From Candidatus Shapirobacteria bacterium (GTDB taxonomy: Bacteria > Patescibacteriota > Microgenomatia > UBA12405), in contig JBAZZE010000001.1 of the NCBI GenBank assembly GCA_041658955.1, positions 16,676 through 80,675 on the forward strand: a stretch of DNA of 64,000 nucleotides. The letters are read 5' to 3'. Under the pieces are notes generated by a model. The model worked only from the letters and a program-made list of their open reading frames with translations. It searched no databases and was not told the origin of the DNA. Positions 20,018 through 30,018 of this stretch are shown in pieces. Numbering within the stretch: position 1 is the stretch's first letter; each line of letters starts with the position of its first letter. Both the position numbers and the translations under genes were made by a program.

Positions 20018-21103
20018 ATGCCAACTCCTCTAAACTTCCCTAAAATAAAACAGTCGTTAGTTGCCACCGCTAAAAAACTCCACTACCTTACCCAAGATGA
20101 AATACTGGCAGTCGTTGCCGAGCCAGAAAAATACGTCGATGAGATTGATAATCTGTTCGACTATTTATTCGACAAAGGTATAGATGTCTTCGATAAAGTC
20201 GAGTCCCAAGCCCTAGTCGATGTCAAAAAAGAGAAAGCCAACAATGCCGAATTATTGGCCATGCTCACTCAGAAAAACACCGTCGATTCTGTCCGCATGT
20301 ATCTTAAAGAGATCGGAAAGATTGATCTTTTAACCTTTGCCCAGGAAGTCGAATATGCCAAGGCCATCGAAAAAGGTTCTGATGAAGCCCGTGCCAATCT
20401 TATTAATGCTAACCTTCGTTTGGTCGTTTCCATTGCTAAAAAATATATTGGTCGTGGTCTCTCATTTTTAGATCTTGTCCAAGAGGGGAATCAGGGACTT
20501 ATGCGTGCTGTCGAAAAATTCGATTGGAAGCGCGGTTTCAAATTCAGTACCTATGCTACATGGTGGATTCGCCAAGCCATTACCCGTGCTATCGCCGATC
20601 AAGCCAAGACCATTCGTATTCCTGTCCACATGGTCGAGACCATCAATAAGGTTTACAAAGCTACTCGCGCCCTGACCCAACGTCTCGGCCATGAGCCATC
20701 CATCGAACAAATTGCCGATGAAGTCGGTATCACCATCGAAAAAGTCGAAGAAATTTATCGTATCTCTCAAGACACCACCTCACTGGCTACTCCAGTCGGT
20801 GACGATGAGGACTCATTTCTCGGTGATTTTATTGAAGACACCACTCAGCTCTCTCCTTATGAAGAGACTAGTATGGAGCTACTTCGCGAATCCATTGAAG
20901 AAGTTCTTGAAAGCCTCGACGAGCGCGAATCCAAAGTACTTTCCCTTCGTTTTGGTCTAATGGGTGAGACTCCTAAAACACTCGAAGAAGTCGGTAAGAT
21001 TTTTAATGTCACTCGTGAGCGCATTCGTCAAATCGAAGCTAAAGCATTGAGAAAACTCCGACACCCATCCCGTAGAAAGAAACTCCAAGACTACTTAGAA
21101 TAA
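20018..21103 (+). CDS. rpoD: primary sigma factor
   Basis: [49 protein letters not shown]; likely start ATG 20018. Confidence 0.97.
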   Translation: MPTPLNFPKIKQSLVATAKKLHYLTQDEILAVVAEPEKYVDEIDNLFDYLFDKGIDVFDKVESQALVDVKKEKANNAELLAMLTQKNTVDSVRMYLKEIGKIDLLTFAQEVEYAKAIEKGSDEARANLINANLRLVVSIAKKYIGRGLSFLDLVQEGNQGLMRAVEKFDWKRGFKFSTYATWWIRQAITRAIADQAKTIRIPVHMVETINKVYKATRALTQRLGHEPSIEQIADEVGITIEKVEEIYRISQDTTSLATPVGDDEDSFLGDFIEDTTQLSPYEETSMELLRESIEEVLESLDERESKVLSLRFGLMGETPKTLEEVGKIFNVTRERIRQIEAKALRKLRHPSRRKKLQDYLE

Positions 21104-21155
21104 GCGACTGTCAATTTCTATCTTTTCAGACTTGTTTTAGTGTTAACATATCCCT

Positions 21156-21551
21156 ATGAGACAAGCTGTCACCGCCGTCATTCGCCAAGGCGATAAAATT
21201 TTACTTCATCAACGTAGTTTGGAGAGTCGTGGTCAGCCAGGTAAGTGGGAAAATGCCGGAGGTGAAATCGATGAAGGTGAGACTCCCGAAGTTGCTATTG
21301 TCCGTGAAATCAAGGAAGAACTTGGTGTCGACTTTACTATCGATAAACGAATTTACGAAGATGTTTTTAAAAGTGGTGAAGACGATTGGAAGGTAATAAT
21401 TTTTGGTGGCTCCATTGTTGGCACTCCAGAAGTTATGATCCCCGCTGAAACCATGGCTGTCAAATGGTTTGATCTTTCCGAATTAAAAGATGCTGATTTG
21501 GCCACCTATACTCGTGCCGATTTTGTAAAGTTTGGTTGGATAAAAGACTAG
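21156..21551 (+). CDS. NUDIX hydrolase (MutT-like)
   Basis: GGEIDEGETPEVAIVREIKEELG. Confidence 0.9.
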   Translation: MRQAVTAVIRQGDKILLHQRSLESRGQPGKWENAGGEIDEGETPEVAIVREIKEELGVDFTIDKRIYEDVFKSGEDDWKVIIFGGSIVGTPEVMIPAETMAVKWFDLSELKDADLATYTRADFVKFGWIKD

Positions 21552-21570
21552 TCCTAAGCTACACTCTATT

Positions 21571-22797
21571 GTGTCCAAAAAAATATTTTTCTTTGGTCTT
21601 TTTCTTATTTCAGCAATTTATTTAATTCTTCGTCTTTGGGATCTATCCATTAAACTCGATTTTCGTGCTGATCAAGCCATTCATCTAAGTGAGGCCAAAA
21701 ATATGGTCGAGTCACGAACCATCCGACTTATTGGTCCCATGGTTACTTCACAATCTTTTGATGGACGCAATTTTTTTATCGGTGCCAACTATTATTATGT
21801 ATTAGCTCTCGCTGGTATACTCACGAATTGGGACCCGCTTTTAGTTACCGTATTTTTTATATTTATAGAACTTATATTTTATGTTGTTTTTGCATATTTT
21901 CTAAAGCAAAAATTCGGTACTTTTCTTTCTTTAATCTCTTTTTTCACTATCGCCGTTTCACCTTACTTTGTCGCCCATAGTCGCTTCTTTTGGAACCCTC
22001 ATCTACTTATACCACTGTCAATTATTGCCCTAATTAGCTTAGAAAAATATATTGATACTCGTAAATATAATTTTTTGGCGATGTCTGCATTTGCTTGGGG
22101 GTTCGCTTTCTCCGCTCATTACTCAGCTATTTTTTGGTTGCCAATTTTTATATTTTATTTAACTAAAAGTCGTCAACATTTTAATATAAAGTCACTATTG
22201 ATAATTGGCATTTCTTTTGTTGTTGGAGATCTTCCATTTTTTATCTTTGAACTTCGCCACAATTTTTACAATCTCAAAACATTTTTCTTGGTCTATTTTC
22301 ATCCCTCAGCCTCAACCGGTTTTACCTCACATTATCTAATCTTTCCCTTAATTATTTTTCTAATATATTTTTTACTCTCATTGTTCAAAAAATATAAATC
22401 AATCTTTGTAGGATTATTATTCTTGATCACCATTATTCAATTTTATATTTACCCACGTTACCCTTCTTTGGGTACTGTTCCTGGTTGGGACTATCCTACA
22501 CAATTAAAAATTACCGAATCAATTAGTCAAAACTGCCCACCAAACTTTAATGTCGCCGCTACCATGCAAGGGGATACTCGTTTTTATGATCTACGTTTTT
22601 TAGTAGAGAAAAATAATTGTCATCCCAACAGCGTCGAAAGTTATCCTACTTCCAAAACTTTATTTTTAGTTTCTTCTCACAATCGACTACCGGTTGATGA
22701 AACTGTATGGGAAGTCACTTCTATAAAACCTTTCACTGTCACCTCAACCACTCGTATAAATGATCTACTCGACCTTCACCGTATCGACCGGCTTTAA
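21571..22797 (+). CDS. GT-C membrane glycosyltransferase (ArnT/PMT-like)
   Basis: F.ADQ, GP, SRFFWNP, multiple TM helices. Confidence 0.75.
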   Translation: MSKKIFFFGLFLISAIYLILRLWDLSIKLDFRADQAIHLSEAKNMVESRTIRLIGPMVTSQSFDGRNFFIGANYYYVLALAGILTNWDPLLVTVFFIFIELIFYVVFAYFLKQKFGTFLSLISFFTIAVSPYFVAHSRFFWNPHLLIPLSIIALISLEKYIDTRKYNFLAMSAFAWGFAFSAHYSAIFWLPIFIFYLTKSRQHFNIKSLLIIGISFVVGDLPFFIFELRHNFYNLKTFFLVYFHPSASTGFTSHYLIFPLIIFLIYFLLSLFKKYKSIFVGLLFLITIIQFYIYPRYPSLGTVPGWDYPTQLKITESISQNCPPNFNVAATMQGDTRFYDLRFLVEKNNCHPNSVESYPTSKTLFLVSSHNRLPVDETVWEVTSIKPFTVTSTTRINDLLDLHRIDRL

Positions 22798-23232
22798 CTC
22801 CACCTCCACCATCTGTCCATTTTCCAATCTTCTTTTATTATCAGTTTGTAAATAAGAAATCATTTCAATAGTAGTTAAGTGGCTAATAATCAGGATAGTA
22901 TCATCTGGTTTGTGATCAAATCGTAGGTCATCTAAAAATAGTTCAACTCGATCTTTTAGGTCCTCATAATTTTCAGATTTTTTCTTGTGGTTAACTAAGC
23001 TAGTCAAGTGGATTGGCATATCATCATCACGAACTCTCAAAATTTCATCCAATGTTTGAACACATCTTGGTTTTGGTGAGCAATAAATAGCATCAAATTT
23101 TTGATCCTTCAAATTCTCTGCCAGCTTTATAGCCTGGACAACTCCCACAGCAGTTAAGTTGTTTTCATCTCCAGCAACTTTATAACCCCGGTTATGAGCG
23201 GATTCTCCATGTCGGATTAGGATTAATTTCAT
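22765..23232 (-). CDS. histidine phosphatase family protein
   Basis: LIRHGES, SP..RCVQT, IISH. Confidence 0.88.
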   Translation of the reverse strand: MKLILIRHGESAHNRGYKVAGDENNLTAVGVVQAIKLAENLKDQKFDAIYCSPKPRCVQTLDEILRVRDDDMPIHLTSLVNHKKKSENYEDLKDRVELFLDDLRFDHKPDDTILIISHLTTIEMISYLQTDNKRRLENGQMVEVELKPVDTVKVE

Positions 23233-23247
23233 CGCCTATTTTACCAT

Positions 23248-23874
23248 TTAAATTTCTACACCTAACTTCTTAAGTTCTCCCATAAACTGGTCAAAATTTT
23301 CATAGACAAAAGTGTTTATCCCTAGTCCGTTTGCAGCTACCAATTTCTTTTCATCGTCGTCTGAAAATACGATTTCTTCTGGAAGCACCCCTGATTGATT
23401 AATTAGTTCTTGGTATATCATCGGCGAAGCTTTAGTGGCTCCGACTTCATAGGAGATGATCTTTACATCAAAATCATCCAAAAAACCAAATTTATCTTGC
23501 ATACCCTTGATTCTCGCTGGGAAATTATCAGTACAGATCATGGTTTTAAAACCTTTTTCTCTGAGCTCTCTGACAACCTTTACAACTTTATCATCAGTGC
23601 TACAGCCGTCAACGTAAATTTTCATAAACTCATCTGCTGTCATGTTTAGTCCCCACTTCTGCGCAGCCCAGTTCCAATATTCTGAATCACCCCACTTTCC
23701 GGTTTTATAAAACTCTTTCATTTCAGGAGAATCCAAAAAGACATACTTTGCCTGTTCTTCAGATATGCCCATTTCCACAATTTTCTTAATAAAATTAGCT
23801 TTACCGCTTACAAAATAAACACCTTCAAGGTCAAAAGTAATTGCTTTTATCATAGCTGATTCTAACATTATCAA
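23248..23874 (-). CDS. HAD-family phosphatase (YihX-like)
   Basis: FDLEGV, SYEVGATK, FSDDD. Confidence 0.82.
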   Translation of the reverse strand: MIMLESAMIKAITFDLEGVYFVSGKANFIKKIVEMGISEEQAKYVFLDSPEMKEFYKTGKWGDSEYWNWAAQKWGLNMTADEFMKIYVDGCSTDDKVVKVVRELREKGFKTMICTDNFPARIKGMQDKFGFLDDFDVKIISYEVGATKASPMIYQELINQSGVLPEEIVFSDDDEKKLVAANGLGINTFVYENFDQFMGELKKLGVEI

Positions 23875-23877
23875 CTG

Positions 23878-24336
23878 TTACCCTTGTTCACTTATCATTT
23901 GCAAAGCACGTTGGATGTAGTTTTGTTGTCCAAAAGCCAGGTCCATATTTGCTGCCACTTCATTTTTCACCCAATGCCTATCCACGCTATGTCCGTGATC
24001 CATATCCAGAGCCTGCTGCGGATCTTCAACCAGCCCTATATACACTCCAATATTATTTTCAGTATCCACAAATCCTCGCCACAATTGAGCATCTATATGT
24101 CCAACACTGTGAGCTACTTCTCTAATTGCCGCTCGATCAGGTTTGTCAGGCATAGTGCTTAGAGGTCCTCTACCACTAATCATCGAGATTTCACGAACAC
24201 CATGTTCATTAGGATTCTTTTTCTTCTTTAAAAATACTTCGCCTTGTCGGTTAAATAGAACTACTACAATCGCTGAAAGTGGGCCTTTTTCAAAATCTGA
24301 TTGTGTGGGTGTTTCCGCGTGTCGAAATTCGATCAT
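23878..24336 (-). CDS. divergent NUDIX-like protein
   Basis: SGRG..PDRAAIREV..SVG degenerate Nudix box. Confidence 0.5.
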   Translation of the reverse strand: MIEFRHAETPTQSDFEKGPLSAIVVVLFNRQGEVFLKKKKNPNEHGVREISMISGRGPLSTMPDKPDRAAIREVAHSVGHIDAQLWRGFVDTENNIGVYIGLVEDPQQALDMDHGHSVDRHWVKNEVAANMDLAFGQQNYIQRALQMISEQG

Positions 24337-24357
24337 TGTCCAAGTCTAGCATCTATA

Positions 24358-24624
24358 TTAGTGAATTTTTCGATCCCGTAAGACTATACCTGCTTCCATT
24401 TTGTTTCTTGCCTGGTCATAGGTTTCAAATTGATGGCTACTGCTATGTCGTAGTTCAATATGCATATTTATAGTGTTTACCAATACTATCTCATCAATTC
24501 TCGAATCTGCTCCATATTCTGCGGCTACCTCACGACATTCCGAACAGACTATTACTCTCTTTGTTGTACCTTCAATCTCTCTTATCTCTATCGTGGCACT
24601 AATTTTTGTACTATCTTCAGCCAT
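24358..24624 (-). CDS. hypothetical protein (CxxC)
   Basis: 88-aa ORF. Confidence 0.45.
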   Translation of the reverse strand: MAEDSTKISATIEIREIEGTTKRVIVCSECREVAAEYGADSRIDEIVLVNTINMHIELRHSSSHQFETYDQARNKMEAGIVLRDRKIH

Positions 24625-24726
24625 CGGGTATTATAGCCTGTATTTAGGCAACTATAAATATAAGCATAAATAATTAACTATACAGCTAAGCCTTGAAAAC
24701 TGTGGTTCGTTATTCTAACATTAGTC

Positions 24727-25413
24727 ATGGGTTACGCTGGAAAAATAGCCGAAAGAGAACTGGCAATTTCACTAAGAAAAAAAGGATATTCTTATAACCA
24801 AATTCAAAAATCTACTGGGTTGTCAAAAGATACTATATCTAGAACTTGTAGACAGGTTATTTTGACTAAAGATCAAATAAAAAATCTTGAAACACGAAGA
24901 ACTGCAGGTCAGATGTTGGCTTCAATTAAAGGTGCAAAGTCAAATCAGCTTAAGAAAGAGATCATACAAAAACAGTTATTAGAAGAAGGGGTCCGGCAGG
25001 TAGGTGAGTTAACTCGAAGGGATAAGTTCATATTTGGCATTTCACTTTATCTTGGTGAAGGCTCGAAAACAGGAAGCGCAGTTGAGTTTACTAATGCAGA
25101 CCCCATAGCTGTTAAGTTCATGCTCAATTGGTTCGTTGAATTCTGTGAAATACCTCAGGAAAGTATCAAGGCCAGTCTTTGGATTCATGACAACCTGAGC
25201 GAACCTGAAGCCAAAAAATATTGGTCAAATTTATTGGGCATCGAAATATCACAATTCGATAAGTCCTATATTGCAAAAAACAGGGTAGATAGTCGAAAAA
25301 TACGCAAAAATATTCACAAATATGGAATAATAAAGATTCGATACTATAGTGTAGCCAAATTACGCCTTATATTAGGTTGGATAAAGGGTGTACTTTCTAG
25401 TTACTCAGGATGA
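24727..25413 (+). CDS. HTH plus LAGLIDADG-like domain protein
   Basis: N-terminal HTH LRKKGYSYNQIQKSTGLSKDTISR; helix FGISLYLGEGSK followed by EFTNAD; ends 39 bp before tRNA-Asn. Confidence 0.7.
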   Translation: MGYAGKIAERELAISLRKKGYSYNQIQKSTGLSKDTISRTCRQVILTKDQIKNLETRRTAGQMLASIKGAKSNQLKKEIIQKQLLEEGVRQVGELTRRDKFIFGISLYLGEGSKTGSAVEFTNADPIAVKFMLNWFVEFCEIPQESIKASLWIHDNLSEPEAKKYWSNLLGIEISQFDKSYIAKNRVDSRKIRKNIHKYGIIKIRYYSVAKLRLILGWIKGVLSSYSG

Positions 25414-25452
25414 TATAATCATCAAGTCTTTCGCACATTCAACAATTTATCT

Positions 25453-25737
25453 TCCCCCTTAGCTCAGTGGTAGAGCGCTCGCCTGTTCCTATAGAGCAGC
25501 TTTCACGAGTAATCGTGATCGAAAATCGGGAGAATTGCGTGAAACCTAACCTGTCGCAAGACAATATGGCAACCCGCAGCCGAGCTCCAACTTTGGTTGG
25601 AGAAGGTTCAGAGACTAGGTGAGTACACCTTTAAGCACCCGAGTCCCATTTATGGGATATGATATAGTCCAAGCCTGTTAGAAATACAGGATTTACTTGT
25701 AAGCGATTGGTCCGAAGTTCGAATCTTCGAGGGGGAG
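25453..25737 (+). tRNA. tRNA-Asn(GTT), split: exons 25453-25486 and 25700-25737
   Basis: Spliced sequence TCCCCCT-TAGCTCAGTGGTAGAGC-G-CTCGC-CTGT|TAA-GCGAT-TGGTC-CGAAG-TTCGAAT-CTTCG-AGGGGGA-G. Confidence 0.93.
25487..25699 (+). ncRNA. group I self-splicing intron (213 nt) at anticodon position 35/36
   Basis: P1 CUGU/GCAG with U.G at the splice site; P AATTGCGTGAAAC; Q GGCAACCCGCAGC; R TTCAGAGACTA; S GATATAGTCC; P3 TCGGG/CCCGA; terminal G at 25699. Confidence 0.93.
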
Positions 25738-25852
25738 CATATTAAAAAAGTCCGTCAAAAAATGACGGATTTTTTAATATCTTCTTCCAAAAGTTCCAAT
25801 TCACTTTAGTGAGGGGAGTTTATCCACCGTGGCGGAAATCCTCGAGGGGTGC
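25733..25852 (+). repeat. tRNA-Asn 3'-flank repeat, copy 1
   Basis: GAGC, then hairpin ATATTAAAAAAGTCCGTCA/TGACGGATTTTTTAATAT, spacer, and an interrupted tRNA 3'-end mimic. Confidence 0.92.
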
Positions 25853-25861
25853 TTAACAGAA

Positions 25862-26052
25862 AGATATGGTGCTAGAGTAAAAAACTAAGAACTAAAAAGA
25901 GGATGTCTCAGCTGGAATTGGATCAAAAAGCCCAGCTAGATTTAACTACCATAAACGAAATTAAGAACGGTAATAGGGAGCCGATGCTAAGAATAATTTG
26001 GAGAATTTCCAACAATTTGGACATACCACTAAATAAGCTTTTTGAACTCTGA
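25862..26052 (+). pseudogene. frameshifted XRE-family HTH regulator
   Basis: RYGARVK, frameshift in an A run, then KLRTKKRMSQLELDQKAQLDLTTINEIKNGNREPMLRIIWRISNNLDIPLNKLFEL*. Confidence 0.7.
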
Positions 26053-26129
26053 CTTCACAGAAAAGGATTTACTCTCACGTATTTTATACTATCCAGTATT
26101 GCTAGAGCTATAATCGGTTAGATATTAAC

Positions 26130-26708
26130 ATGAAAAAACAGGCAAAAAACTTAATACCAATAACTGAAGAAGATATTCAAGAATTTATTAGGCAAGCAGA
26201 GCTAATCTCTAAATGTAGCTATCTTAAAAACCCAGTTAAAAAGATAAACATCACCTATGACATGTCTAAAGGTCTAAATTTTGGCGGAGATATACCCCCA
26301 AGGGAGAGTGTTGACTCCTTTTTAATGATTTTAAGGCCTTTTATTGAATATAGAGAAAGACTTCATGTTGGACGCATAATTTCGTATCTTGAAGATACAC
26401 ACGGAAAGGCTGAAATGTTAAGTAAAGCGAGAACCTATCTTGATGCAAAAAGCCAGTTTCCTGTTGTTAAGATTGGAGAAAAGACTTATGGAGCAAATGA
26501 GATGATGTATTTGTACCTATATGGCAAATACTTCCATCTTGAAGAAGCTAAGCAGAAAGCATACCGATTAATAGAAGAAAATCTAGGCTACTACGGAGAA
26601 TTTACTGCCCTAAGCCAATTAGAGCGCTTTGCTGGAATAGTTTTAATGGTAGCGGGGGTTGTTAAAAGGTATGATAGAAATTTAAGTCAAAATGACAATT
26701 ATACATAA
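26130..26708 (+). CDS. hypothetical protein (island)
   Basis: 192-aa helical ORF. Confidence 0.7.
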   Translation: MKKQAKNLIPITEEDIQEFIRQAELISKCSYLKNPVKKINITYDMSKGLNFGGDIPPRESVDSFLMILRPFIEYRERLHVGRIISYLEDTHGKAEMLSKARTYLDAKSQFPVVKIGEKTYGANEMMYLYLYGKYFHLEEAKQKAYRLIEENLGYYGEFTALSQLERFAGIVLMVAGVVKRYDRNLSQNDNYT

Positions 26709-27390
26709 TCAAATTAATAGATTTTGGTCGAAGCCTACATATGAAAATTTTAAAAAACACGGCTTCGTAAAAAAAGTTTTTACTATAAATGACTCTGAAG
26801 AGTTTATTAAAACCGGAGCGTATCTCGTTGAAGAAGCTATAAAACAAATGAACTCTCACATTCCGTGGGATGAATCTAGAAAGTTTGAAATTTTATTGCA
26901 TCCAAGATTAGAAAATATTTTTTTGGCCTTAGGGACAGAATATTTCTTAAAGGGGATTTTATTAGCCAAGGGATATGCGATAAATAAGCCAAAGATGGGA
27001 ATTAGCCTCGCTCACCCAATCCCAGTTTCAAGTAATAAGACTAAATTGTTGAAAACAGAAGTTCAAGACCTTTCGTACATAAAAGACCAAATAATACGAA
27101 CGGTAGATTTTTCTGATTTCGATAAATCACAAGAATCAGAAAAAATAAAAGAAAAAAAAGTCAACAAAGGAAAGGGAGTTCGAGGAATAACCAGTCTTTC
27201 CGTACCCCATCCAACAGCAAAACAAATATTGGATTACCTGCATTTCAAAAGAAACTTCTCATTACACCGCCCTTTTATAATTTCAGAATTTAGCGGAATT
27301 GTCCAACAAGAGCTGAAAATACTAAATTATATTGCTCAAAAAGAAACGGGGGAGACAATTAAAAAACTATCTTCAATTATCCACGAGTGA
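26692..27390 (+). CDS. putative HEPN-domain protein
   Basis: LGTEYFLKGILL helix and RNFSLH (Rx4H). Confidence 0.55.
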   Translation: MTIIHNQINRFWSKPTYENFKKHGFVKKVFTINDSEEFIKTGAYLVEEAIKQMNSHIPWDESRKFEILLHPRLENIFLALGTEYFLKGILLAKGYAINKPKMGISLAHPIPVSSNKTKLLKTEVQDLSYIKDQIIRTVDFSDFDKSQESEKIKEKKVNKGKGVRGITSLSVPHPTAKQILDYLHFKRNFSLHRPFIISEFSGIVQQELKILNYIAQKETGETIKKLSSIIHE

Positions 27391-27397
27391 ACAGCCA

Positions 27398-28528
27398 ATG
27401 AAAAAACACAACACCCTTGTCTTAATGCCGTATCTGCCACTTGAGGGACTTATTAAATTTGATGGCTTACAAATATGGTCATATCAAAAACTCGGAAATA
27501 CTTTGATAAAAAATACTGCATTAAAAAACCACATAGATAAATTAGTTGGTTGTTACCAGCTTCATAAGGGAAATAAAATACAAAATCCAGCAATAGTTTC
27601 AGGCAGTAAGATTTGCTTCACAAATCCAACACAGCTCACTATCTCAAAAATAGAAGTGTTGAAGAATATTCTTTTGTTTCTTGGAATTCTTGAAAACAAC
27701 AGTTGGTCATTTATTACCAGCGATAACTTTGAGGTTTTCTATCAACGATTTGTTGTTGGTGATTCTGGATTAGCTACACAGGCGGGCGCAATTCACCATA
27801 TTACTTCTGGAGGCTATTCAATTGATGAAATGATTTTTCTTAAACCAGAGTGCATCAACCTACCACTAAGGTTTAATCCAAACGGACCAATATTTAGAGC
27901 ACTAGAGGATTGTATGGTACAGTCACGCAGCAGCCAAGATAAAAGTCAAATTATTCAGTCATTGAACCCATTGTTTAACGCTTACAGAAATAGTCACGAA
28001 CATTCTTGGCAATCACGCATTTTGTTAATCGTAATGGCGTTTGAATTACTATTTGGCGAAACCGAAAGAAAAAATTTTCGCAAGAATATTCAAAAATACT
28101 CAACACTAGGATTAAATAAGTTGTCAAAAACTTACAAGTACCCAATTATGGACACAAGAAATGGAAAAGTGATCGGATATGAAGATCTTACCCTAAATCA
28201 AATATGGGCTGAAGAATTTTATAAATTACGACATAAAATAATTCACGGAGACACGATTTATAGTGACGACTCCATTTTCACAGATCTAGTCGTAAATAAA
28301 GTACCAAAAGAACCCCATTTTTATATAGCTATTAACTTTTTTGTTGTTTGCCTACTCAACAATTTGAGAGAATTAGGTTATCAAAACATAGAGCACTATG
28401 TAATAAATTCCGATTCATCAAAAGTAATATTCAACAAGGTTATTTCAGGTATTAAGGATGAGCTTTTTAAAATCGAAGATATTGGTTTATATGACGCAAT
28501 ATCCAACAACATTCCTGATGAACAATAA
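27398..28528 (+). CDS. HEPN-domain protein (ApeA-like architecture)
   Basis: IVMAFELLF and YKLRHKIIHG (Rx4H); likely start ATG 27398. Confidence 0.7.
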   Translation: MKKHNTLVLMPYLPLEGLIKFDGLQIWSYQKLGNTLIKNTALKNHIDKLVGCYQLHKGNKIQNPAIVSGSKICFTNPTQLTISKIEVLKNILLFLGILENNSWSFITSDNFEVFYQRFVVGDSGLATQAGAIHHITSGGYSIDEMIFLKPECINLPLRFNPNGPIFRALEDCMVQSRSSQDKSQIIQSLNPLFNAYRNSHEHSWQSRILLIVMAFELLFGETERKNFRKNIQKYSTLGLNKLSKTYKYPIMDTRNGKVIGYEDLTLNQIWAEEFYKLRHKIIHGDTIYSDDSIFTDLVVNKVPKEPHFYIAINFFVVCLLNNLRELGYQNIEHYVINSDSSKVIFNKVISGIKDELFKIEDIGLYDAISNNIPDEQ

Positions 28529-28577
28529 GATAATCGTTAGTTGTCAATAGGGTAGTAAATAGGGTTATAATTCCGAC

Positions 28578-28889
28578 ATGGATAAAAGTAAAAAGGTCGA
28601 ATTACTTGATACAAAAATAAGCTTTATTGAAGAATTGGCAGGCGAATACAACCCCAACAATCTTCGGCAGTGGCGAGAAGAAACACTTATGATTTTAGAC
28701 AATTTAATTACAGTTGAATCAAAATACTACACCAATTTCGAAGATATTAGATATGTGTCTGGTGTAATAACTCCTATGGATAGTGTTGGTAATTCGGAAA
28801 GAAACAAAAAGTCTTACTTTGCAGGTTTAGAGAGGGCAAAAAGTTCATTGAAGGCAATTGTTTTTGGCATTCAAAACGATTTAATCTAA
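28578..28889 (+). CDS. hypothetical helical protein
   Basis: Own TATAAT 6 bp upstream; resembles an N-terminal module of TIR-like nucleotide-binding proteins (from memory). Confidence 0.6.
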   Translation: MDKSKKVELLDTKISFIEELAGEYNPNNLRQWREETLMILDNLITVESKYYTNFEDIRYVSGVITPMDSVGNSERNKKSYFAGLERAKSSLKAIVFGIQNDLI

Positions 28890-28893
28890 AAAA

Positions 28894-29517
28894 ATGAATA
28901 CTGAAGACGATGTAAAAGAACTAATATTGAAATATCTTTATGACTACAATAAGAAAAAGGGGCTGTGGACCACTCCATTGAAAGTTGTTTCAGATATAAA
29001 GTCCCCGGAGGTAGATAAAGTGCAAATATTAAACAATATTTCATATTTGATTGGAGAAAAATATATAAATAAAAAAACAGTAAAGACAAAAGGTTGTGTT
29101 GGCGGTACGATAACCTTTGAGAAAATAATTATTTCAAATAAGGGAATTCAACATTTTGAAGACTCCAAGTTCTCAGTAAAACAGTTCTCCTCAATCAATA
29201 TTCAATCAGTACAAGGATCGAATAATGTCTTTATTTTGGGTGATCAAACCGGAACAATTAACCAAACGGTCGGAAATTCGATTGCGGAACTTGATAAATT
29301 GATTGATCAAATCAAGAGTCAAGAATTGTCAGTCGATAAAGAAAGAGAGTTGATTGGGGATGTTGAGACTATCAAAAGTCAGTTAATAAAGCCAAGTCCT
29401 TCTTCTCAAATAATAAAAATTGCATGGCTAGCATTAAATGGAGCCGCAACTTTATCTGGTTCACACGACCTGATGTTGAAAATTGGTATGTTGCTGCAAC
29501 AGTATCTGACACATTAA
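28894..29517 (+). CDS. hypothetical protein (winged-helix-like N-terminus, helical C-terminus)
   Basis: ILKYLY..NISYLIGEKYI..ISNKGIQHFE. Confidence 0.65.
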   Translation: MNTEDDVKELILKYLYDYNKKKGLWTTPLKVVSDIKSPEVDKVQILNNISYLIGEKYINKKTVKTKGCVGGTITFEKIIISNKGIQHFEDSKFSVKQFSSINIQSVQGSNNVFILGDQTGTINQTVGNSIAELDKLIDQIKSQELSVDKERELIGDVETIKSQLIKPSPSSQIIKIAWLALNGAATLSGSHDLMLKIGMLLQQYLTH

Positions 29518-29524
29518 GCCATAC

Positions 29525-29971
29525 ATGATTTACGTAATTGGAGTCGGTCACACTATCCAGCACGATAGCCTTCACTTTTTTGGTGAAACTCATGAATATA
29601 TAGCCAAGTTAAGGCAGTTGGTACATGATAATAATATTCAACTTATTGCTGAGGAGTACTCTAATGAAGCTGCCAGAATGGACCAAGTCACCGATTCAGT
29701 TACTAAAATAGTTGCTGATGAGCTAGGAGTTCCACACAGATATTGTGATCCCGATTCGGCTGAGCGAAGATCAATTGGATGTCATTCAAGTGACGATGAT
29801 CATTTAAGACTTGGCAATTGGTTTGATAAAATTTACGACAAGGCAAGAGAGCAAGTAATTTTTGTTTGCGGAGACAGTCATAAAACTGACTTTGCATCCT
29901 TAATTGCAGGAAATGGATTTGAAGTCATGATTGTGGAAAATAGTTTTATCACCAAAGTTGACAGGACATGA
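29525..29971 (+). CDS. hypothetical protein (IAEE..CGDSH, possible TraB/TIKI-like hydrolase fold)
   Basis: GVGH, IAEE and CG.SH motifs. Confidence 0.55.
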   Translation: MIYVIGVGHTIQHDSLHFFGETHEYIAKLRQLVHDNNIQLIAEEYSNEAARMDQVTDSVTKIVADELGVPHRYCDPDSAERRSIGCHSSDDDHLRLGNWFDKIYDKAREQVIFVCGDSHKTDFASLIAGNGFEVMIVENSFITKVDRT

Positions 29972-30018
29972 TCTTTCCAAGCTTCCGAAAAAGGCGACTT
30001 TGCTAGAAAGTATCTATT

